NCBI GenBank assembly: GCA_031256975.1
Contig: JAIRPN010000015.1
Span: 152,648 to 216,647, forward strand
Source of the DNA: Verrucomicrobiales bacterium
GTDB lineage: Bacteria > Verrucomicrobiota > Verrucomicrobiia > Methylacidiphilales > JAAUTS01
Direction of reading: 5' to 3'
DNA: 64,000 bases
The notes under the pieces were generated by a model that made no database searches, was not told where the DNA came from, and saw nothing but the letters and a program-made list of their open reading frames with translations. Below, piece after piece: positions 10,076 through 20,475 of this stretch. The stretch's first letter is position 1. Each line of letters begins with the position of its first letter. The translations under genes and the position numbers were made by a program.

Positions 10076-10510
10076 ATGAAAAAAACTTTCCAAGACTTCA
10101 CCATTAGCGACGACAAGAAGCTGCTTCAATTCGATAAGATCATCGCCATGCTGCGGAACACCTATTGGGCCCGGCACCGGCCCGAAGAAGTGATCCGCCG
10201 CGCCAGCAAAAATTCCCTCTGCTTCGGCATTTACACCGCCCATGGCGAGCAAGTCGGCTTCGCCCGCGCGGTGACCGACCGGGCCACGGTTTACTGGCTC
10301 TGCGACGTGGTCATTGCGGAAACCCGGCGGAAGCAAGGCCTGGGCAAAGCCCTGGTGCAATTCATCACCGGCCACCCCAAATTGCAATCCATGACCGGCA
10401 TCCTCAGAACCGAGGACGCCCACGGCCTCTACGCGCAATACGGTTTCCTGCGCAATACCACCTTCATGCGCAGAGCCGTGGCACCCGCCAACGACCCGTT
10501 TCACCATTAG
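10076..10510 (+). CDS. GNAT family N-acetyltransferase
   Basis: 144-aa protein with acetyl-CoA binding motif RRKQGLGKALV. Confidence 0.75.
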   Translation: MKKTFQDFTISDDKKLLQFDKIIAMLRNTYWARHRPEEVIRRASKNSLCFGIYTAHGEQVGFARAVTDRATVYWLCDVVIAETRRKQGLGKALVQFITGHPKLQSMTGILRTEDAHGLYAQYGFLRNTTFMRRAVAPANDPFHH

Positions 10511-10590
10511 CGGCCGCCGCTTCTTTCCGCAGGTTCCGCGGTTAAATTTGCCTTCCTCCTTCCACCCTCTGCCGTTATACTTTTCCGCTT

Positions 10591-12231
10591 ATGGCCACCC
10601 CTGCATTTCATTACCAAAAGATGTTCCCCCTCGGAACCGATAAAACCGAATACCGACTGCTAACTAAGGACTTCGTCACCGTTGAAACCTGCGGCGACAA
10701 GGAACTGCTGCGCGTACAGCCCGAGGCGCTGAGTTATCTCGCGAATCAAGCCTTCAAGGAAGTCGCTTTCTATCTGCGCCCCGCGCACTTGAAACAGGTC
10801 GCCGCCATCCTCGACGATCCCGAGGCTTCCGAGAACGACCGCAACGTGGCGCTCACCATGCTGCGCAACGCCGAGGTTTCCTCCCACGGCATCCTGCCTT
10901 TCTGCCAGGACACCGGCACCGCCATCATCATGGGCAAAAAAGGCCAGCAAATCTGGACCGGCGCCGATGACGAGGAATATCTCTCCCACGGTGTGTACAA
11001 AACTTACACCGAGGAAAACCTGCGTTATTCGCAAAACGCCCCGTTGACCATGTGGGACGAAAAAAACACCGGCACGAATTTGCCCGCGCAGATCGACCTC
11101 TATGCCACCAAGGGCGCGGAATACAGCTTCCTGTTCGTCGCCAAGGGCGGTGGTTCGGCCAACAAGACTTATCTGTACCAGGAAACCCGCGCCACCGTGG
11201 TGCCGGGCGTGCTGGAAAAATTCCTCACCGAGAAAATGCTCACTCTCGGCACCGCCGCCTGCCCGCCCTACCACTTGACTTTCGTCATTGGCGGCACCTC
11301 GGCGGAGACCAACCTGAAGACGGTGAAGCTCGCCTCGACCAAGTATTACGACGAATTGCCGACCCAAGGCAATGAACACGGCCAGGCTTTCCGCGATTTG
11401 GAAATGGAAGCCAAGATGCTGGAAGCCGCGCGCAACTGCGGTTTTGGCGCGCAGTTCGGCGGCAAATACTACGCCCTCGATGTCCGCGTCGTCCGCCTGC
11501 CGCGCCACGGCGCCTCCTGCCCGATCGGTATCGGCGTGTCCTGTTCCGCCGACCGCAACGTCAAGGCCAAGATCAACCGCGACGGCGTCTGGCTGGAGCA
11601 GCTTGAACACAATCCGAGCCAGTTCATCCCGGAAAAATACCGCCAGCTCGACGCTAACGCCAAGGCGGTCAAAATCGACCTGAACAAGCCGATGAAAGAA
11701 ATTCTCGCGGAGCTCGACAAATATCCGGTGACCACTCCGCTAAGCCTGAGTGGTACCATCATCGTCGGTCGCGACATCGCACACGCCAAACTCAAGGAAC
11801 GCCTCGACCAGACCGGCGAACTGCCGCAGTACTTCAAGGATCATCCGGTTTATTACGCCGGTCCGGCGAAAACGCCGACCGGCCTGCCCTCGGGGTCCTT
11901 CGGTCCGACCACGGCGGGCCGCATGGACAGCTACGTCGACCTGTTCCAAAAACATGGCGGCTCCATGGTCATGATCGCCAAGGGCAACCGCAGCAAGCAG
12001 GTCACCGACGCCTGCCACAAATACGGCGGCTTCTACCTTGGCTCCATCGGCGGCCCGGCAGCGATTCTCGCGAAGGAAAACATCAAGAAAGTCGAAACCG
12101 TCGAATTCCCTGAGCTCGGCATGGAAGCGGTGTGGAAAATCGAGGTGGAGAATTTCCCCGCCTTCATCCTGGTCGACAACAAAGGCAACGATTTCTTCCA
12201 GCAAATCAACGCCTGCGGTTGCGGACATTGA
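10591..12231 (+). CDS. fumA: class I (Fe-S) fumarate hydratase
   Basis: 546 aa. Class I fumarase hallmarks ([24 protein letters not shown]-terminal beta-subunit-like domain GPTTAGRMD). Confidence 0.9.
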   Translation: MATPAFHYQKMFPLGTDKTEYRLLTKDFVTVETCGDKELLRVQPEALSYLANQAFKEVAFYLRPAHLKQVAAILDDPEASENDRNVALTMLRNAEVSSHGILPFCQDTGTAIIMGKKGQQIWTGADDEEYLSHGVYKTYTEENLRYSQNAPLTMWDEKNTGTNLPAQIDLYATKGAEYSFLFVAKGGGSANKTYLYQETRATVVPGVLEKFLTEKMLTLGTAACPPYHLTFVIGGTSAETNLKTVKLASTKYYDELPTQGNEHGQAFRDLEMEAKMLEAARNCGFGAQFGGKYYALDVRVVRLPRHGASCPIGIGVSCSADRNVKAKINRDGVWLEQLEHNPSQFIPEKYRQLDANAKAVKIDLNKPMKEILAELDKYPVTTPLSLSGTIIVGRDIAHAKLKERLDQTGELPQYFKDHPVYYAGPAKTPTGLPSGSFGPTTAGRMDSYVDLFQKHGGSMVMIAKGNRSKQVTDACHKYGGFYLGSIGGPAAILAKENIKKVETVEFPELGMEAVWKIEVENFPAFILVDNKGNDFFQQINACGCGH

Positions 12232-12244
12232 CCCATAACATTCC

Positions 12245-12275
12245 GTCGCTAATGGCAGGGTTCGCCATTAGCGAC
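12245..12275 (+). terminator. hairpin made of an inverted pair of the CGCTAATGGC motif, downstream of fumA
   Basis: GTCGCTAATGGC-aggg ttc-GCCATTAGCGAC, starting 14 nt after the fumA stop. No strong T-run follows. Confidence 0.5.
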
Positions 12276-12291
12276 CCCAACCGAAATTTTC

Positions 12292-12639
12292 ATGAGTCAC
12301 CTTGATGAGTTGTGGAGGATGTTTAACCTCCACGTTTTTCCCAGCCTGTATTTTCTGCTTCACCTGGTCATCAATATATTCATCTTCCTGGCAGCTTCCC
12401 GACGGAAAGCTCTCGGCCTGCTGATCATTGGCTACGGTTCCCTGTTGTTAACCCTGGGTTCTTTTGTGGGAACCCTCCAATATTACCTGTACAACAATTC
12501 CGGTTATTCGTCGCTGGCACAGATATTCACCTTGGTGAGAACAGGATCGTTAATCGGGCTGATTATTGTCTGTATCGGTTGGATCATGGTCGCGCAAAAA
12601 CGTCCAGCCGCTCCTCCGTTGCCACGCAATCAAGTCTGA
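12292..12639 (+). CDS. small integral membrane protein (hypothetical)
   Basis: 115-aa ORF with 3-4 hydrophobic spans. AT-richer. Its 3' end overlaps the convergent gene. Confidence 0.45.
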   Translation: MSHLDELWRMFNLHVFPSLYFLLHLVINIFIFLAASRRKALGLLIIGYGSLLLTLGSFVGTLQYYLYNNSGYSSLAQIFTLVRTGSLIGLIIVCIGWIMVAQKRPAAPPLPRNQV

Positions 12640-13150
12640 CGTCGTGTCCCTCGGCGGGAATCCGTTGCGCTTGCTGGCAGGAAAAGAACACGCCCATGGT
12701 TCGCGCCTTCGTCATTAGCGCCAATAACCGGTCATAATAACCCTTCCCACGCCCCAGCCGGTGGCCATTGGCGTCAAACGCCAAACCCGGGACCAGGATC
12801 AAATCCGCCGCTAATGGCGAACTTTCCCCGTGCGGTTCCAAAATTCCGAACGCTCCTGCCTGAAAATCCCCGCGAGAATGCACCACGCACAATTCCAATT
12901 CCCCACCCTTCATCCGTGGATACATCACATCCTTCCCCACCATCAGCGCCGCATCAAGCAGCGATGAAATGTCCGGCTCCGATGCCAACGGTGAAAACAA
13001 GGCCACCGACCCGGCTTCCCGCCACGCCAATGACGAAGTGATGCGGCCGACAATCCCAGTCGAGGCGGCTATGCGGATTTCAGCGCCAATGGCGAACAAT
13101 TTCTCCCGCATCTCCCGCCGCATAAGCCTCTTCTGTTCCGCCACATCCAT
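12584..13150 (-). CDS. 5-formyltetrahydrofolate cyclo-ligase
   Basis: LVPGLAFDANGHRLGRGKGYYDR motif typical of MTHFS/YgfA. Confidence 0.85.
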   Translation of the reverse strand: MDVAEQKRLMRREMREKLFAIGAEIRIAASTGIVGRITSSLAWREAGSVALFSPLASEPDISSLLDAALMVGKDVMYPRMKGGELELCVVHSRGDFQAGAFGILEPHGESSPLAADLILVPGLAFDANGHRLGRGKGYYDRLLALMTKARTMGVFFSCQQAQRIPAEGHDVRLDCVATEERLDVFARP

Positions 13151-13164
13151 AAATTTTCGATTCG

Positions 13165-14100
13165 GTGTTTGAACCTGCCACCAAAACGGTTACCATATTA
13201 TACAAGACAATGACAGCGGCAAAAAGCAGTCAGGAAAAGCCCCCCACCTGGAAAAATCGAAACTTTATCACCAAGGTTTTGATCCCGTCCCTGCTGCAAC
13301 CCAAGGAAGGCAAACGCCGCGACCGCGCGCCCATCTTCCCCAAGCTCGCTAACGACGAAGTCGCCATCACCTGGATCGGCCACGCCTCATTCCTGATTCA
13401 AACGCCAAAGCACAATATTCTCATCGATCCGAATTGGGCCAATTGGATGTCTGTCATTCGCCGCTTGCGACATGCCGGAATGGACATCTCGCATTTGCCG
13501 GAAATTGACTTGGTGCTGATCACCCACGCCCACTTCGACCATCTCAATAAACGTTCATTGAAAAAAGTCGCCGCGCGACAGCCCATCGTCGTGCCGGAGG
13601 GTGTCGGCGGATTGGTCCATAACCTCGGTTTCGATGCCGTGCACGAGATGGACCGTTGGGACACCTGGGAATTCAAGAAACTGAAAATCATCTTCACCCC
13701 GGCCAAGCATTGGGGCGCGCGGATGTTAGTGGACACCCATCGCAAATGCGGCGGTTACATCATCGAGTACGAAGGACGGCGCATTTATCATTGCGGCGAC
13801 AGCACCTATTTCGACGGTTTCAAGGAAATCGGCAAGCGTTACGCGCCGGAAATCGCGCTAATGCCCATCGGCGCCTACCAGCCGCCAAGCGGACGCGATC
13901 ACCACATCGGGCCCGAACAGGCAATCAAGGCCTTCCAGGAATTGAAATCCAGGATTTTCATCCCGATGCATTTCGGTACCTACCGCCTCAGCTTCGAACC
14001 CATGGCCGAACCGCCGCAACGTTTGATGAAAGCCGCCCTGCGCGAGGGCATCGTCAACAAAATCCGCATCCTGACCGAGGGCAAGCCGCAGGTGTTTTAG
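13165..14100 (+). CDS. MBL-fold metallo-hydrolase
   Basis: THAHFDHL metal-binding motif. The start is uncertain: ATG at 13210 is an alternative, because 13165 lies only 14 nt from the divergent gene. Confidence 0.75.
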   Translation: MFEPATKTVTILYKTMTAAKSSQEKPPTWKNRNFITKVLIPSLLQPKEGKRRDRAPIFPKLANDEVAITWIGHASFLIQTPKHNILIDPNWANWMSVIRRLRHAGMDISHLPEIDLVLITHAHFDHLNKRSLKKVAARQPIVVPEGVGGLVHNLGFDAVHEMDRWDTWEFKKLKIIFTPAKHWGARMLVDTHRKCGGYIIEYEGRRIYHCGDSTYFDGFKEIGKRYAPEIALMPIGAYQPPSGRDHHIGPEQAIKAFQELKSRIFIPMHFGTYRLSFEPMAEPPQRLMKAALREGIVNKIRILTEGKPQVF

Positions 14101-14130
14101 CAAAAAATCGAAAACGCCGACTCTCCTTTA

Positions 14131-14207
14131 CCGCTCACCCTGAGCCTGTCGAAGGGCAATCACATCCTGTGAGTATAGTCATGCTTCGACAAGCTCAGCA
14201 TGAGCGG
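14131..14207. repeat. REP/MITE-like imperfect inverted repeat in a convergent intergenic region
   Basis: CCGCTCACCCTGAGCCTGTCGAAGG (14131-14155) versus the reverse complement of CTTCGACAAGCTCAGCATGAGCGG (14184-14207). It belongs to the widely dispersed 'CTGAGCCTGTCGAAGG' repeat type that generates spurious ORFs such as ...HPEPVEGQ...LRQAQHER... Confidence 0.6.
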
Positions 14208-14228
14208 TATGGAGATTTTCAAAAAAGT

Positions 14229-15584
14229 TTAGTAAACCAACGCCACCCGAGCACCCAGTACCAGCGCGTCCGGGGTGCTGGTGCCGTAGGGATCAAAGAT
14301 GTATTGGACGTTCGGCTGGATGAAAAAGAATTTGTTCAACTGCACGCGGTAGCCGATTTCAAACACCTTTTCCGAACTGGGGTCATCCTGGCCCGCGGCA
14401 ATTTGCTGTTGCGCATAATCACGGCTGAACCAGCCGCAACTGGCGCCAACCATGACAATGTCTTTATCCCGCGAGGGAATCAATCCCTTGTAAAATAATC
14501 CGCCGGCCACTTGGTAGGGCATCAGGCTGACATTCTGCTGCGGTGCCAAGTCAAACAAAGCCCAAATACTCAGTCCCTTGTCCGTTCCCGGCTCGGCTTG
14601 GTAAATCATCTGGTCGGCATGCCAATACAAGGCGTAGGAAGTGTCGTAAGTCTCCGTGCTGGTGAATTGCGGGATATCCCATAATGCAATATAACCGCCC
14701 ATCCAGTAATGTCCCTGCAGGCCGCTAACCGTGATTTGGCCATTAGCGGCCTTGGTTTCACTTCTGGCAAAAGTCGGAGTCCAACCAACCTGGGCGATCA
14801 TGGTCACTCCGTCCTGTCCACGGATGCTGAAATCCAAGCCATGTTTGTTGCGGATGTAAATCCGGTCATCCGCCTGATAAACACCGAAACTGGCATTCCA
14901 TTGTTTGTCCAGGTCGGTATAACGCACCCGCCCACCCCACACCGAACCGGGGTAACAGGAAAACGCGCTGGTAGTGGTCAGACTTTTCGGCGTGCCGTCC
15001 ACACTGTTTGACATGTACAACCCGTAGATTGGCGAAGTGGCAAAATCATCCCCCATCGCCACGCGACCCGCCTTGAGTGACAGGCTGTCGCTGAACAATT
15101 TTTGCTCAACCGCGATGGATTGCAGCATGAGCGCCTGGGAACCGAACACTTGTTGCGCGGTGAAAAAATTGCCGATGTATTTCTCGGAAAGATTGTCGCC
15201 GTTACGGTCAACAGCGCGAATCAAGATGCTGCCTCCCTGCCAGCCGGTCAGTTTTTGCATGTCCAGTTTCATGCCAAACTCAATGCTGTTGACGTAAGTC
15301 AATCCCTGGCTGCGACCGCCGGTCGGGTTGCCCGCGGTATCGCTTTCCGTACTGAGAAAGAAATCAACCCCGTTGTCCTCCAGTGTGGTGCGCACGCCGA
15401 ACCAGTCGCCCAAGGCACGGTCACCGTGCCACCAGCCGTCAAAGGTGTAATCGCTGTTGGCGACGTGTTCCGCCACCACTTTGTCGGTGGCGGTGCAATC
15501 CACCGCCGTATCGGCAAAAACCGTCTCCCTCGCAAGTAATCCAATCGACGCTAACAACAACAGGCGGCCGTTTTTTGAACCCAT
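14229..15584 (-). CDS. carbohydrate-selective porin, OprB family
   Basis: Signal peptide plus the OprB-like N-terminal pattern (GDRALGDWFGVRTTLEDNGV) and a C-terminal aromatic beta-barrel end (ARVALVY). Confidence 0.7.
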   Translation of the reverse strand: MGSKNGRLLLLASIGLLARETVFADTAVDCTATDKVVAEHVANSDYTFDGWWHGDRALGDWFGVRTTLEDNGVDFFLSTESDTAGNPTGGRSQGLTYVNSIEFGMKLDMQKLTGWQGGSILIRAVDRNGDNLSEKYIGNFFTAQQVFGSQALMLQSIAVEQKLFSDSLSLKAGRVAMGDDFATSPIYGLYMSNSVDGTPKSLTTTSAFSCYPGSVWGGRVRYTDLDKQWNASFGVYQADDRIYIRNKHGLDFSIRGQDGVTMIAQVGWTPTFARSETKAANGQITVSGLQGHYWMGGYIALWDIPQFTSTETYDTSYALYWHADQMIYQAEPGTDKGLSIWALFDLAPQQNVSLMPYQVAGGLFYKGLIPSRDKDIVMVGASCGWFSRDYAQQQIAAGQDDPSSEKVFEIGYRVQLNKFFFIQPNVQYIFDPYGTSTPDALVLGARVALVY

Positions 15585-15661
15585 GCTGGGAATATAGTTG
15601 CAACCCCGATTGTTAGTAAACTGTTTTCGGCGTGCCGGTGGAAATTCATGGCAATAAAAAA

Positions 15662-15690
15662 CCGCTAACGACGAAGTTCATCGTTAGCGG
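15662..15690 (-). terminator. rho-independent terminator of tsf, built from an inverted CGCTAAC pair
   Basis: On the minus strand: CCGCTAACGAtgaacttcgTCGTTAGCGG followed by TTTTTTATT, 19 nt after the tsf stop. Confidence 0.65.
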
Positions 15691-15708
15691 CTTGAAATAT
15701 TTATCAGC

Positions 15709-16302
15709 TTATTCGCCGACCGCGAAGCGGGCGAAGCGCTTGATGCGCATGTTCTCGCCGATCTCGCCGATCTTTTCGTTCAGCAATTCCTGGATGGTCT
15801 TGTTCTGGTCCTTGATGTAAGGCTGTTCGAGCAGGCAGATGGTGGAGTAATACTTGTCGATCTTGCCGTCGACGATCTTCTGCACCACGTTCTCGGGCTT
15901 GCCCTTGACCTGCGCGGCGGCGATTTCGCGTTCCTTGCTGATCAGGTCGCCGGGTACTTCCTCGCGGCTCAGGTAGAGCGGATGCGCGGCGGCGATCTGC
16001 AGGGTGATGTCCTTGACGAACTCGCGGAAGTTGTCGTTCTTGGCGACGAAGTCGGTTTCGCAATTGACTTCGATCAGCACGCCGACCTTGCCACCGAGGT
16101 GGATGTAGCTGGCGATGACGCCTTCCTTGGCGTCACGGCCGGCCTTCTTGGCGGCGCTCAAACCGAGCTTCTTGCGCAAAACCTTTTCCGCTTCCTCGAG
16201 GTTGCCCTTGGCTTCCTCGAGCGCGCGCTTGCATTCCATCATGCCCGCGTTGGTCATTTCGCGGAGTTGTTTGACCAGTTGTGAATCAATCGGAGTAGAC
16301 AT
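15709..16302 (-). CDS. tsf: translation elongation factor Ts (short form)
   Basis: LVKQLREMTNAGMMECKRAL N-terminal UBA-like motif. Lies downstream of rpsB in the conserved order. Confidence 0.95.
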   Translation of the reverse strand: MSTPIDSQLVKQLREMTNAGMMECKRALEEAKGNLEEAEKVLRKKLGLSAAKKAGRDAKEGVIASYIHLGGKVGVLIEVNCETDFVAKNDNFREFVKDITLQIAAAHPLYLSREEVPGDLISKEREIAAAQVKGKPENVVQKIVDGKIDKYYSTICLLEQPYIKDQNKTIQELLNEKIGEIGENMRIKRFARFAVGE

Positions 16303-16330
16303 GGCTTGCTAAATTCTGGTTGGTTGAAAA

Positions 16331-17098
16331 TCAGGCGCTGACCGCGTCAAGGCTTTCGTTCTTTTCGGATTTGTCCGCCTTGCCGGACTTGCGGCCGCCA
16401 TCCTTCTTGTCGGTCACGTTGACCGCGCCTTCGGCCACCGCGGCGCCAAGGGCGTCGACGATGATGCGGATGGAGCGAATGGCGTCGTCATTGCCGGCGA
16501 TCGGGTAAGCGACACCGGTCGGATCGGCGTTGGTGTCGGTGATGGCCACGATCGGGATGTTCAAGCGGGTGGATTCCTGCTGGGCGATGTATTCGCGGGT
16601 GATGTCCACGATGACGATCGCGTCAGGGAAACGGGTCATGTCCTTGATACCGTCGAGGTTCTTGTGGATCTTGGCGGCTTCACGGCGCAGGGCGGAGGCT
16701 TCCTGCTTGTTCAGCTTGGCCATCTTGCCGCTGGTCTCGAGTTCATCAATCTCGCGCATGCGGGCGATGCTCTTGCGGATGGTGCTTAAATTGGTCAGGG
16801 TGCCGCCGAGCCAACGCTCGGTGACATAAAACGCGCCGGATTTTTCCGCAGCGGTCTTGACGGCTTCCTGGGCGGCTTTTTTGCAACCGACGAACAGGAC
16901 CTTGCCACCCTTGGCGGCGACGTTCTTCAGGAAATTGGCCGCGTCGCTGAGTTGCTCCGAAGTCTTGCTGAGGTTGATGATATGAATGCCGTTGCGGGCT
17001 TCATAAATAAAGGGCTTCATTTTCGGGTTCCACTTGTCGGTACGGTGACCAAAGTGCACGCCGGCTTCCAATAATGTTTTCGGGTCGATTTTCGACAT
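16331..17098 (-). CDS. rpsB: 30S ribosomal protein S2
   Basis: LLEAGVHFGHRTDKWNPKM... canonical S2 sequence. Confidence 0.95.
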   Translation of the reverse strand: MSKIDPKTLLEAGVHFGHRTDKWNPKMKPFIYEARNGIHIINLSKTSEQLSDAANFLKNVAAKGGKVLFVGCKKAAQEAVKTAAEKSGAFYVTERWLGGTLTNLSTIRKSIARMREIDELETSGKMAKLNKQEASALRREAAKIHKNLDGIKDMTRFPDAIVIVDITREYIAQQESTRLNIPIVAITDTNADPTGVAYPIAGNDDAIRSIRIIVDALGAAVAEGAVNVTDKKDGGRKSGKADKSEKNESLDAVSA

Positions 17099-17357
17099 AT
17101 CAATTTCCTGATTTATGACCCGCTAACTGCGGGCTTCGCTTTCTAGCGAATAATTTTTTGTTGTTGTGCCCTTGCGGGCGTTTTTCCCTGAAACCTTTCA
17201 GAGAAGGGGAAAAGGCTACAGACGCCGAAGTTTTTCACAAGTACAAAGTAAAAATCCAATGACCACGAATGCCGGTTTTTCCTGCTTTGTCCACTTTTCC
17301 CGGATTTTCAGGCTTTTGTAACTACCTCGCCATTAGCGAATAACCGAAAATATCCTG

Positions 17358-17385
17358 TTGACTGTGTTAGTTTTTACTGTACATT
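17358..17385 (+). promoter_or_regulatory. candidate sigma70-type promoter (TTGACT-16 nt-TACATT)
   Basis: Hexamers read directly from the sequence. The -10 lies only 9 nt from the ATG at 17395, which would imply a nearly leaderless mRNA, so this is a weak call. Confidence 0.3.
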
Positions 17386-17394
17386 CCGTAATAA

Positions 17395-18084
17395 ATGAAA
17401 GCGCAACTCATCGCCATTGGCATTTTCGGAGTCGTCATTAGCGCCTCACAGGCCCAATTGACGCCCACCCAGCATACGACCCTGGTCGACGAAATGCGCC
17501 AAATCAGTTCCCTGCGCATCGCCTATAATCAGGGCTGGCAGCCGCCCGGCGACACCAAATCCTGGGCCATGGACTGCTCCAACACCAGCCGCTACATCTA
17601 CAAGACCGTTTTCGGCCTGAACCTGCCCCGCACCGCTTCGGACCAATATTACGCCCTGAAACAAGTCGGCCGTATTACTTACGCGCCACGGCTCGCCAAT
17701 GGCAAAGTTGACAGCCAAGCCTTGCTCGGCGAACTCCGTTCCGGCGACCTGCTGTTCTGGCAATGGACCTACGACATCGACCGCGACCCGCCGATCACCC
17801 ACGTGATGGTTTACCTCGGCCGCACCGCCGATGGCACGCCGAAGATGGCCGGTTCCGCCAGCAGTTCCAAGGGAGAAACCACCAACAGCGGCGGCGTCAA
17901 CGTTTACGTTTTCGACCCGAACGCCAACATGGGCGGCGTGAAAGATTTCCTCGGCGACTACGTCCGCCGCGGCGAATTCGTCGGTTTCGGCCGCGTCATC
18001 AAACAGGAACCGATCACCGGCTCTCAAACCGCCGACAACACCAGTTACCGCCAGACCGTTCCCGCCGCGATGCGCGTCAATTGA
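17395..18084 (+). CDS. NlpC/P60 (C40) family peptidase-like secreted protein
   Basis: Signal peptide. Cys motif WAMDCSNTSRYIY and downstream HVMVYLG are consistent with the C40 catalytic Cys/His arrangement. Confidence 0.6.
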   Translation: MKAQLIAIGIFGVVISASQAQLTPTQHTTLVDEMRQISSLRIAYNQGWQPPGDTKSWAMDCSNTSRYIYKTVFGLNLPRTASDQYYALKQVGRITYAPRLANGKVDSQALLGELRSGDLLFWQWTYDIDRDPPITHVMVYLGRTADGTPKMAGSASSSKGETTNSGGVNVYVFDPNANMGGVKDFLGDYVRRGEFVGFGRVIKQEPITGSQTADNTSYRQTVPAAMRVN

Positions 18085-18162
18085 CCCGCTAACCGTCATC
18101 CGTCGCATGTCTCCCGGCTTGTCACCAGCGCCGGCAAGCCCTAGGCTTTTTCACCGATTCAC

Positions 18163-19170
18163 ATGAAATACCTCGTCACAGGCGCCGCCGGCTTTATCGG
18201 TTACCACGTTGCGGAACAACTCCTCAACGTCAACCACGAAGTCACCGGCCTCGACAACCTGAACGACTATTACGACCCCGCGCTCAAGCATGCCCGCCTC
18301 AACCGCCTGGCACATCACGTCAATTTCCGTTTCGAAAAAACCGACCTCGCCGACCAGACCGCCGTTAGCGCCCTGTTCAAGCGCGGCGAATTCCAGCGCG
18401 TCATCCACCTCGCCGCTCAGGCCGGTGTGCGTTATTCGCTGCAAAATCCGCATGCCTACGCTAATAGCAATCTGCTAGGCTTTCTCAATCTTCTCGAAGC
18501 CTGTCGCCATTATCCGGTCGGGCATTTGGTCTTTGCCAGCTCCAGCTCGGTTTACGGCCTCAACAGCAAAACCCCTTTCGCCGTTGGCGACCCGGTCGAC
18601 CATCCCGTCAGCCTCTACGCCGCGACCAAAAAATCCAACGAGATGATGGCCCACGCTTACAGCCATCTGTACCACATCCCGACCACCGGCCTGCGTTTCT
18701 TCACCGTCTACGGCCCGTGGGGACGGCCCGACATGGCGCCCTGGCTGTTCACCAAGGCAATCCTGGCAGGCGAGCCGATCAAGGTTTTCAACCATGGCAA
18801 AATGCGCCGCGATTTCACCTACATCGACGACATTGTCAGCGGCGTGATTAAAATCTCCGACGTGATCCCCGCCGCTAACAGCGAATGGGATTCCGCCAAT
18901 CCCGACCCCGCCACCAGCTCCGCGCCCTATCGCTTGCACAACATCGGCAACAACCAGCCCGTCGAATTGTCACGCTTCATCGCCGCAGTTGAAAGCGCGC
19001 TGGGCAAAAAAGCGGCCTGCGAATACCTGCCCATGCAGCCCGGCGACGTGGTCGAGACCGCCGCCAACATCGACTCGCTAACCGCCGCCACCGGCTTCAA
19101 GCCGCTAACCACCATCGAGGACGGCATGAAAAAATTCTGCGACTGGTACCGCGGATTTTATAAGCAATAA
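18163..19170 (+). CDS. NAD-dependent epimerase/dehydratase, UDP-glucuronate 4-epimerase-like
   Basis: VTGAAGFIG Rossmann motif, YAATK catalytic motif, LDNLNDYYDP pattern typical of the CapI/LpsL-type epimerases. Confidence 0.8.
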   Translation: MKYLVTGAAGFIGYHVAEQLLNVNHEVTGLDNLNDYYDPALKHARLNRLAHHVNFRFEKTDLADQTAVSALFKRGEFQRVIHLAAQAGVRYSLQNPHAYANSNLLGFLNLLEACRHYPVGHLVFASSSSVYGLNSKTPFAVGDPVDHPVSLYAATKKSNEMMAHAYSHLYHIPTTGLRFFTVYGPWGRPDMAPWLFTKAILAGEPIKVFNHGKMRRDFTYIDDIVSGVIKISDVIPAANSEWDSANPDPATSSAPYRLHNIGNNQPVELSRFIAAVESALGKKAACEYLPMQPGDVVETAANIDSLTAATGFKPLTTIEDGMKKFCDWYRGFYKQ

Positions 19171-19242
19171 AACCGCCGCCACCCGCAAGCGTTGTCGTGA
19201 TAAACCATCGACAAGCCGCCAACGACAATCTTTAATTACCCG

Positions 19243-20457
19243 GTGCCCGACAAACCCTTAGAACGGCTAGAAAAATTCGCCATCGACGTGATTCTGGAAC
19301 GTCGCTACGGCAAACGCGCCGCCATGTTGCGCGGCGTGCTGCGGGCCTTGTCATCGGTGTACAGTCGCATCATGCGCCTGCGCTGGTGGCTCTACGAAAA
19401 ACGACTGGCCCGCTGGCACTCGGTTGGCTGTTTCACCATTAGCGTCGGCAACCTGACCGTCGGCGGCACCGGCAAGACGCCGATCGTCGAGCAATTCGCC
19501 CGCTCCCTGACCCAGGAAGGCCGCCGCGTCGCCATTCTCAGTCGCGGTTACAAAAGTCTCCCGCGCCCGATGATGCAACGTATCTGGAACCGCCTCACCT
19601 TCCGTTCCAATTATATTCCGCCGCGCGTGGTTAGCGACGGCCGTTCCCTGTTGCTGGATTCCGGCCGCGCCGGGGACGAACCCTTCATGCTCGCCTCCAA
19701 CCTGCACGACGTAGTGGTGGTGGTCGACAAGGACCGCGTCAAAAGCGCCTTGTACGCCATCAAGCATTTCAACGTCGACACCTTGCTGCTCGACGACGGC
19801 TACCAATACCTGCCGTTGAAAGAACGCCTCAATGTCACCTTGGTTGACCGCCATGCGCCGTTCGGCAACGAATACGTTCTGCCGCGCGGGACTTTGCGCG
19901 AACCGCATGACCATTTGAAGCGCGCCGACGTGATCTTCATCACCAAGTGCGACGGCTCCGACATTAGCGAATTGAAGGAACGCATCCGCGAATTCAACAA
20001 GCACGCCGAGATGATCGAGTGTGTGCACAAAACACTTTACTTGCAGGACCTGTACACCAACGAACGCCGTCCGCTCAGTTATTTACAGGATCGCGATGTC
20101 GGCGCCGTCAGCGGCATCGCCGTGCCCGAGAGCTTCGAGGGCGCCTTGCGCAACCTCGGCGCCAACATCATTTACACCCGCAGTTACGCCGACCACCACC
20201 GTTACACCGACCAGGAAGTCACCAACGCCATCAACCGCACCCGCACCCGCGGCGGCCACGCGCTCATCACCACGGAAAAAGACGCCGTGCGTTTTCCGCG
20301 CGTCAACCGCCAGGATTTGCCGGTGTATTTCCTGAGGGTCGAAATCCAACTGATCAACACCAAGGAAACCCTGCACGACTGTCTCGTCCGCATCAGCGGC
20401 ATCCGCGACCCCCGCTGGATCAAGAAACCGAGCCTGAGTTCGGTGGCGGACTTTTAA
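19243..20457 (+). CDS. lpxK: tetraacyldisaccharide 4'-kinase
   Basis: ISVGNLTVGGTGKTP Walker-A context and overall length typical of LpxK. Confidence 0.85.
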   Translation: MPDKPLERLEKFAIDVILERRYGKRAAMLRGVLRALSSVYSRIMRLRWWLYEKRLARWHSVGCFTISVGNLTVGGTGKTPIVEQFARSLTQEGRRVAILSRGYKSLPRPMMQRIWNRLTFRSNYIPPRVVSDGRSLLLDSGRAGDEPFMLASNLHDVVVVVDKDRVKSALYAIKHFNVDTLLLDDGYQYLPLKERLNVTLVDRHAPFGNEYVLPRGTLREPHDHLKRADVIFITKCDGSDISELKERIREFNKHAEMIECVHKTLYLQDLYTNERRPLSYLQDRDVGAVSGIAVPESFEGALRNLGANIIYTRSYADHHRYTDQEVTNAINRTRTRGGHALITTEKDAVRFPRVNRQDLPVYFLRVEIQLINTKETLHDCLVRISGIRDPRWIKKPSLSSVADF

Positions 20458-20475
20458 TGTCTTTGATTAAGCTTT

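Noticed and set aside
10660-11610. 316-aa ORF on the minus strand inside fumA. Similar long antisense or alternate-frame ORFs occur at 7850..8539, 8795..9898, 17446..18108, 19351..20028, 21100..21807, 28654..29358 and 40309..41064.
   Set aside because: These are shadow ORFs typical of GC-rich coding DNA. They overlap genes with strong family signatures, their translations are low-complexity (R/A/G/H-rich), and they have no motifs.
13656-14498. 280-aa plus-strand ORF running from the MBL gene through the intergenic repeat into the porin gene
   Set aside because: The translation is Arg/His-rich nonsense and includes the spurious peptides characteristic of the REP-like repeat. It overlaps two real genes.
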